Both the position numbers and the translations under genes were made by a program. From contig MIZA01000019.1 in NCBI GenBank assembly GCA_001875345.1, positions 1,579 through 65,578 on the forward strand: DNA of 64,000 bases. The letters are read 5' to 3'. Under the pieces are notes generated by a model. The model searched no databases. It had not been told where the DNA came from and saw only the letters and a list, made by a program, of their open reading frames with translations. The stretch's first letter is position 1. Each line of letters starts with the position of its first letter. Shown piece after piece: positions 58,638 through 64,000 of the stretch. The DNA is from Marine Group III euryarchaeote CG-Epi1 (GTDB taxonomy: Archaea; Thermoplasmatota; Poseidoniia; MGIII; CG-Epi1).

Positions 58638-59372
58638 ATGCGAAGTACAATTTTCCTTATGTTATCAATGATTTTGGTTTCATCAGGCTGTCTTGACAGC
58701 CTTAAAGATGAATTAATATCATGTGAAAATAGCGTTGGGGAATGTAGATATGAAATTCTTCAGGATGGCAAATACTCTAAATTACACATCGAAATTGACT
58801 ACGTTTCGGGTTATGAGCCAAGTTCCGAAGCTATTGACCTTCTTAGGCAGAGAATCAATGAAGTCACTGATAAAAATTCTGTAACCATAAGTCAAGACAG
58901 TTTTGGAAGTACAGATAATAGTTATTCACTTCAAGAAATATTGGATATTGAATCTTCTCAACGTACAAAATTTAAGGATGGCGACGAATTTGTAATTCAT
59001 ATCTTGTATCTTAATGGTGAGTTTGAGGACAATGAGAATACCTTAGGTTTAGCTTACAAAGGTTCTTCATTTGCTATGTTCCAAGAGAAAATTGAAGACG
59101 CAGCCTTCTTATTTATATCGGCTCAAGACATAGAAAAAGCGGTTTTAGTGCATGAATATGGCCATCTTTTGGGATTAGTCAACATGGGATATACATCCCC
59201 TCACGATCATGAAGACCCTGAACATCCACACCATTCCAACAATGAAGAGTCTGTTATGTATTGGGCAGTTGAAAGTCAGGACTTCTACAATCAATTGGAC
59301 GGAGAGCCTCCAAATAATTTTGATTCTTATGATTTAGATGATTTAAATCTGATGAGACAAGGTAAGTTGTAG
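58638..59372 (+). CDS. Zinc metalloprotease-like lipoprotein (HExxHxxGL)
   Basis: Signal/lipobox-like MRSTIFLMLSMILVSSGC. Motif VLVHEYGHLLGLVNMGY followed by the His-rich HDHEDPEHPHH and SVMY. Confidence 0.55.
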   Translation: MRSTIFLMLSMILVSSGCLDSLKDELISCENSVGECRYEILQDGKYSKLHIEIDYVSGYEPSSEAIDLLRQRINEVTDKNSVTISQDSFGSTDNSYSLQEILDIESSQRTKFKDGDEFVIHILYLNGEFEDNENTLGLAYKGSSFAMFQEKIEDAAFLFISAQDIEKAVLVHEYGHLLGLVNMGYTSPHDHEDPEHPHHSNNEESVMYWAVESQDFYNQLDGEPPNNFDSYDLDDLNLMRQGKL

Positions 59373-59731
59373 TGTATAAACCAAAATATGTCCACTTAAC
59401 AATTATCTATATTTTGATTATTAGTTTACTTAGTCACACGCCTAATGACAATCTTCCAGAATCAGATATTGGATTTTCAAATATAGATAAAATATTTCAT
59501 TTTGTAGAATTTTTCATTTTAGGCTTACTTATTAAATTTTCTTTATATGAAAGAGAAATTTCCAGTCAAAAAGTAATTGTTTTTACGACCATTATATTTG
59601 GTTTTTCACTTGCTTGTATTGATGAATTACATCAGAGTTTCATTAGGGGACGTGTCTGTTCAGTGGAAGATTTGTTGTTTGATTTTTTGGGAATATCTTT
59701 GAGTTTTTTTAACTATAAAAACTTTTTTTAA
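59372..59731 (+). CDS. VanZ-like membrane protein
   Basis: DKIFHFVEFFILGLL ... IDELHQSFIRGRVCSVEDLLFDFLG. Confidence 0.7.
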   Translation: MYKPKYVHLTIIYILIISLLSHTPNDNLPESDIGFSNIDKIFHFVEFFILGLLIKFSLYEREISSQKVIVFTTIIFGFSLACIDELHQSFIRGRVCSVEDLLFDFLGISLSFFNYKNFF

Positions 59732-59899
59732 TCTTTCTAATTTTTCTTTTTACCTTTACTACTCTTCTAGTTTTAGGTTTAGTATCGAAGGAAATCCATC
59801 CTGTACCTTTTTGCGTGCAACTTGGTTCGTCAGTGTAATCTGCTGCCATGATATCTCGCGGCCTGCGAATTCGTTATTTAAAACTAGTGTACGTTTTAT

Positions 59900-60193
59900 G
59901 TCAGGTGATGGGAGTAAGCCCCTTTCTGTTAACCTAAAAGGTTGGCGACATTTAGCTTCGCATCCTACCTACCGCTCCCGAGCAGGTCTAAGCGGTTACT
60001 TGGAATTGCTCCGGCAGGGGTACTCGTTTCATCAAATCCTCCACTGACGTCACGTCCTTGACGATCATTCCTATAGTGGGGCTGTGTCGTTTCTGTTGCA
60101 TTGCCAATCCTCTCGGATTCCTTACGGCTGCCTTGCTCATGGAGAGGGGACTTTCCTCAGCCTAAGGCCGTCGGTCGCCCTCCATCTCCTGAC
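59900..60193 (-). ncRNA. rnpB: RNase P RNA (archaeal type A)
   Basis: On the - strand, the P1 stem pairs GUCAGGAGAUGGAG (5') with CUCCCAUCACCUGAC (3'). The P2 stem pairs GGCGAC with GUCGCC. P3 is the hairpin CGGCC-UUA-GGCUG. CR-I reads GAGGAAAGUCC (+ strand ggactttcctc at 60149-60159) and CR-V reads AACAGAAAGGGGCUUAC. The region is a GC-rich, ORF-poor island. Confidence 0.88.
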
Positions 60194-60268
60194 AATCATT
60201 TAATGATGCTCAGAATATATAGTTCACTGTTACGGTAAACCCTTATTTACTGGATATAATCGCAATTA

Positions 60269-61972
60269 ATGCCAAATGATGAAGAGGCTTCTACAAATCT
60301 AAACGAAAATGAATCAGATTACAAAAAAGCTCACGATAAATGGGTCAAAGACGTATTAGAACCTGCTTTAGCTAAGCATCCCGAAAGAAATAAAAATTTT
60401 ATGACTACTTCTAGTCAAAAAGTAGATAGATTATACACACCATTAGATAATTTGGGTATTGATTTTGAAAAAGACATTTCTTTTCCTGGTCAATTTCCAT
60501 ACACACGAGGTATTCACTCAACAATGTACCGCGGTCGTTTATGGACTATGCGAATGTTTGCAGGATTTGGATCTGCTGAAGAGACAAACGAGAGATTCAA
60601 GTACCTACTAGAGCAAGGTAACGCAGGTTTGAGTACGGCTTTTGATTTACCTACTCTTTATGGATATGATAGTGATTCTCCTATGGCTGCAGGAGAATTT
60701 GGTGAGTGTGGTGTAGGAGTTAGTAGCATTGAAGACATGTCTATTTTGTTCAAGGATATTCCGCTTGACAAGGTTACTACCTCAATGACGATTAATTCGC
60801 CAGCAGCGATGACATGGGCTATGTACATTGCTAATGCCGAAAATAGAGGTATTCCTAAGTCTAATCTTGGAGGTACAATTCAAAATGACATTCTCAAGGA
60901 ATATATCGCACAGAAGGAATATATTTTTCCACCTAATCCCTCTATGAGATTAGTTACAGATACTGTTGAATATGGAACTAAAAACATGCCTAAGTGGAAT
61001 ACCATATCAATTTCTGGATATCATATTAGAGAAGCAGGTTCGACTGCAGTTCAAGAGCTTGCTTTTACTTTAGCAGACGGTTATGCTTATGCTGATTGGG
61101 CAATTGAAAGGGGCTTGAACATTGACGATTTTGCACCTAGATTTAGTTTTTTTTTCAATGCTCATAATGACTTTTTTGAAGAAATAGCAAAATATAGGGC
61201 AGCTAGAAGGATTTGGGCTCGGGATATGAAATACAAATACGGAGCTAAAGATCCGCGAAGTTTAACACTCAGATTTCATACACAAACTGCAGGCTGTAGT
61301 TTGACTGCACAGCAGCCTGAAATTAACATAGTTCGTGTAGCCATTCAAGCAATGGCTGGAGTATTGGGAGGTACTCAATCATTACATACTGATTCAATGG
61401 ATGAAGCTCTTGCTTTACCCTCAGAAAAAGCAGTTCAAATAGCCTTAAGAACTCAGCAAATTATAGCACATGAGTCCGGTGTTGCTAATGTAGCAGATCC
61501 TTTAGGAGGAAGTTACTACTTAGAATGGTTAACAGATGATATGGAGAGGCAGGCTAGAGAATACTTTGACCGAATAGATTCTCTAGGTGGCGTAGTTTCA
61601 GCAATAGAGAAAGGCTTTTTCCAAAAGGAAATTGCAGCAGCAGCATACAAATATCAACAAGAAATAGATAATGATGAAAGAGTAGTTGTTGGAGTTAATG
61701 AATTTACCTCAGACGAGCCCGTAGAGATACCAATTTTGGAAATGGATCCTGAGGGTTTCGAACGTCAATGTAAAAGGTTGAAAGCTCTTCGTTCTAATAG
61801 AGACAAGAGTAGGCATTCAGCTAGTCTTAGAGCAATTGAGAAAGCTGCAGAAGGCGATGAGAACCTTATGCCTCATTTTATTGAAGCTGCAAAAGCCAAA
61901 GCGACTCTTGGTGAAATGTGTGATGTTCTGAGAGGCGTTTTCGGTGAATATAGAGAGGGATCAGATTTCTGA
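60269..61972 (+). CDS. mcmA: Methylmalonyl-CoA mutase, large (catalytic) subunit
   Basis: [58 protein letters not shown]. It ends before any B12-binding domain, as expected for a split archaeal enzyme. Confidence 0.93.
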   Translation: MPNDEEASTNLNENESDYKKAHDKWVKDVLEPALAKHPERNKNFMTTSSQKVDRLYTPLDNLGIDFEKDISFPGQFPYTRGIHSTMYRGRLWTMRMFAGFGSAEETNERFKYLLEQGNAGLSTAFDLPTLYGYDSDSPMAAGEFGECGVGVSSIEDMSILFKDIPLDKVTTSMTINSPAAMTWAMYIANAENRGIPKSNLGGTIQNDILKEYIAQKEYIFPPNPSMRLVTDTVEYGTKNMPKWNTISISGYHIREAGSTAVQELAFTLADGYAYADWAIERGLNIDDFAPRFSFFFNAHNDFFEEIAKYRAARRIWARDMKYKYGAKDPRSLTLRFHTQTAGCSLTAQQPEINIVRVAIQAMAGVLGGTQSLHTDSMDEALALPSEKAVQIALRTQQIIAHESGVANVADPLGGSYYLEWLTDDMERQAREYFDRIDSLGGVVSAIEKGFFQKEIAAAAYKYQQEIDNDERVVVGVNEFTSDEPVEIPILEMDPEGFERQCKRLKALRSNRDKSRHSASLRAIEKAAEGDENLMPHFIEAAKAKATLGEMCDVLRGVFGEYREGSDF

Positions 61973-62540
61973 GGATATTTTGAAATCAATAGTTTTTGGT
62001 CTAACTGGTAAGAATGCCTCAGGTAAAGGAACTGTGGCTGAAATATTGAAGAAAAAGAATTTTACATATCACTCTTTATCAGACTCCCTTAGAGATGAGC
62101 TCAAGTCATTAAAAAAAGAAGAGACACGTGAAAACTTAATTGACATTGGAAATGAGCTTAGAGAAAAAGGAGGTCCTGGTGTTTTAGCTGATAAATTAAT
62201 GCCTAAGTTAAACTCTGAAAATAATCATATTGTAGACTCTATTAGAAATCCACTTGAAGTAATTTCCCTGAGGAAAGAGACTCTTTTACGTAGGTTTTTC
62301 TTGATTTCAGTTGATGCAAATTCAAAACTAAGATATGATAGGCTTTGCTCTCGAGGCAGAATAGGAGACACTGATTCTTGGGAAAAATTTGTAGAGCAAG
62401 AGAAGAAAGAAGAAAATAATGATGATCCAAATAAACAGCAATTATCTAGAACAATGGAAATGGCAGATTATAGTATAGATAATAGTGGAACTCTTGAGGA
62501 GTTAGAAGCACAAGTCAACAGAATCATTTCTAGTTTATAG
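61944..62540 (+). CDS. P-loop nucleotide/nucleoside-monophosphate kinase-like protein
   Basis: [15 protein letters not shown] ... [10 protein letters not shown]. The start is uncertain: GTG 61944 overlaps mcmA by 29 nt, whereas TTG 61980 (giving [11 protein letters not shown]...) would not overlap. Confidence 0.55.
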   Translation: MNIERDQISEDILKSIVFGLTGKNASGKGTVAEILKKKNFTYHSLSDSLRDELKSLKKEETRENLIDIGNELREKGGPGVLADKLMPKLNSENNHIVDSIRNPLEVISLRKETLLRRFFLISVDANSKLRYDRLCSRGRIGDTDSWEKFVEQEKKEENNDDPNKQQLSRTMEMADYSIDNSGTLEELEAQVNRIISSL

Positions 62541-63257
62541 GTTCCATTCGTATGTTGTTGTTAAGAAAAACATGAATGCAATTGGCATTAAATGGAATGC
62601 CATTCCAAATGCAACATTTACAACCATCCATCTTCCAGCATAATTGTTTGGCATTTCCATGACTTTGTCTACTACCGTATTTGTGGTATCGACAACTTTA
62701 CCAGCAAAAAACCCAACAAACTTGGCTACTCTTTCGTGAGGCAATGCCTCATTACCTTTGTCTCTAGAATTCTTTAACCAATCTCCCATTTGAAGCATTC
62801 TATCAACCATAGGTCTATACTTTTGAACGTCTACGCTTATCAGTTTAACAGCTAAATTTCTTGTATCCCATACTCTCCTCCAGTCAAGATATGTGTGTCC
62901 TACAAAAAATAAAATCATTAACCATATTTGCCATGGAGGTGTTTGTTCCCAATTTGGGGGAGTTAACGTCAAATCAAAAAATTCTACAACTCCGTCCTCG
63001 GGTTCAAAAATAATAAATCTCAATATTGCAATTGTTGCTGGAACTAACAATCCCACAGTAAATTTTGCAGCTATAGAATAACCTCTTGGAATTTCTCTTA
63101 ATCTTTCAAAAATCCACCTCAGGTGGTGCCCATGAATCTGAATTGCTTTTAATGCAGGTTCTCCCAGGAAGATTAGCCTTTGTATAATTGGAATGAATAT
63201 TAGTGCGTGAAAGTAGAGTTCCCATGGCGTATCCCAGCTTAAGTAATCATCTAACAT
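62535..63257 (-). CDS. Membrane protein, unknown function
   Basis: A 240-aa frame with several hydrophobic helices (LIFIPIIQRLIFL, VGLLVPATIAILRFIIF, IWLMILFFVGH, VVNVAFGMAFHLMPIAFMFFL). I recognise no motif. Confidence 0.5.
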   Translation of the reverse strand: MLDDYLSWDTPWELYFHALIFIPIIQRLIFLGEPALKAIQIHGHHLRWIFERLREIPRGYSIAAKFTVGLLVPATIAILRFIIFEPEDGVVEFFDLTLTPPNWEQTPPWQIWLMILFFVGHTYLDWRRVWDTRNLAVKLISVDVQKYRPMVDRMLQMGDWLKNSRDKGNEALPHERVAKFVGFFAGKVVDTTNTVVDKVMEMPNNYAGRWMVVNVAFGMAFHLMPIAFMFFLTTTYEWNL

Positions 63258-63309
63258 TTTCTATTTTAGTTAAAGGAGGGTGTTAAAAAAAGGACCTAAT
63301 AGGTGTTTT

Positions 63310-63618
63310 ATGCCTCGAAAGCGTAGCAGGCGCCCAAAATTCCAAGAAAAGCTTGCTAGAGATAGAATTAACAAATTATTTCTATTATTTGATTCAAAAA
63401 ACTTTAGCGCACAGATTAATCCTAAAAAATGCATTAACTTTGTCAAACTTATAGGAAAAAGGTATAATCAACGATTGCCAAGTTCTTATAAAATTAAATT
63501 TTGCCGCAGATGTAATACTAAATTTAAATCTGATAATAGTCGCTTCCGAATTTCTAAAAAAGGCTGGCGTTCAATCAGTTGCCTAGAATGTAGCGCGATA
63601 TATCGCTTTAAAATTTAA
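63310..63618 (+). CDS. rnp4: RNase P protein component 4 (Rpp21/Rpr2 family)
   Basis: KLARDRINKLFLLF...VKLIGKRYNQRLPSSYKIKFCRRCNTKFKSDNSRFRISKKGWRSISCLECSAIYRF (helical N-terminus plus a CxxC...CxxC zinc ribbon). ATG 63310 is preferred over GTG 63280 because the A/T box TTAAAAAAA (63283-63291) lies 19-27 nt upstream of it. Confidence 0.8.
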   Translation: MPRKRSRRPKFQEKLARDRINKLFLLFDSKNFSAQINPKKCINFVKLIGKRYNQRLPSSYKIKFCRRCNTKFKSDNSRFRISKKGWRSISCLECSAIYRFKI

Positions 63619-64000
63619 TTTGAATCTATTGTTTTTTGTTCTAATTCCTTGCGATAACTTATTAACATTTTATCGACATCATTGTTAGAAATACCTAGTA
63701 TTCTAGCTGCGAGTAAGGCTGCATTTTCACCGCGACCGATTCCAACTCCAGCTACCGGAACCCCTGGAGGCATCTGAACAACAGATAGTAATGAATCCAA
63801 ATTTGCAGGTGAGCTCGATGATGCACAAGGCACACCTATGACTGGTTTTAGCGTATGTGCAGCTACTACTCCAGGAAGCGCGGCAGAAAGTCCAGCTAGA
63901 GCAATGAAAACGTCGGCTTCCGACTCTTCAATGACATCAACAACTCTTGCCGGTGTTCGATGTGCAGAGGCTACAAAAGTTTCAAATGTGATATTGAATT
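63615..64000 (-). CDS. purE: N5-carboxyaminoimidazole ribonucleotide mutase PurE (5'-partial; continues beyond the window)
   Basis: The reverse-strand frame stays open to the window end and reads ...VASAHRTPARV...FIALAGLSAALPGVVAAHTLKPVIGVPCASS...DSLLSVVQMPPGVPVAGVGIG...NAALLAARIL. The 'M' of the ORF track at 63833 is an internal GTG (Val). Confidence 0.9.
   Translation of the reverse strand, partial: FNITFETFVASAHRTPARVVDVIEESEADVFIALAGLSAALPGVVAAHTLKPVIGVPCASSSSPANLDSLLSVVQMPPGVPVAGVGIGRGENAALLAARILGISNNDVDKMLISYRKELEQKTIDSN

Noticed and set aside
59811-60047. 78-aa ORF on the + strand
   Set aside because: It is antisense to the RNase P RNA. Its openness is explained by the GC-rich structured RNA.

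Overview
This is an AT-rich, gene-dense archaeal chromosomal segment, mostly coded on the + strand. GC was not computed; by eye it is in the mid-30s %. Archaeal identity rests on five things read directly: the DNA polymerase D large subunit (DP2), a type-A RNase P RNA with its Rpp21 protein subunit, an Lhr helicase, a presenilin-type protease, and TATA-like boxes centred about 25 nt upstream of many start codons, which implies leaderless mRNAs. The gene content (giant adhesin-like proteins, TSP3/PKD/LamG repeats, Atg22-like MFS transporters) fits a planktonic marine euryarchaeon such as MGII/MGIII, but that placement is inference only.

Layout:
- (i) nt 2-19153: one giant ORF of more than 6,380 aa, still open at the 5' window edge. 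It has about nine beta-helix modules, LamG and PKD domains, one TM helix and a ~910-aa cytoplasmic tail with a STAND-like P-loop NTPase.
- (ii) tRNA-Gly(GCC) on the - strand, 1 nt after the giant gene's stop codon.
- (iii) A presenilin-homologue / MPE phosphoesterase / Lhr helicase operon.
- (iv) A four-gene polyprenol-linked glycan cluster resembling the Arn pathway.
- (v) A MoeB-rhodanese E1-like enzyme, a CDIN1/TPD-type nuclease and an M24 peptidase.
- (vi) nt 31007-44340: a six-gene surface system. Its genes are a TSP3-repeat protein, a 1,975-aa extracellular transglutaminase-core protein with 13 Ig-like repeats, a DUF4350-like protein, a MoxR AAA+ ATPase, a DUF58 protein and a membrane protein.
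- (vii) Housekeeping genes: transketolase-like, GuaA subunit A, two UMF1 MFS paralogues, acyl-CoA dehydrogenase, PolD DP2, BirA, an M23 peptidase, a metalloprotease lipoprotein, VanZ, RNase P RNA, methylmalonyl-CoA mutase, a P-loop kinase, Rpp21 and partial PurE.

I saw no CRISPR array, rRNA, transposase or integrase. The two most unusual items are the transmembrane giant protein with a cytoplasmic STAND/longin-like module, which sits next to a presenilin homologue, and the MoxR-DUF58-transglutaminase surface cluster.
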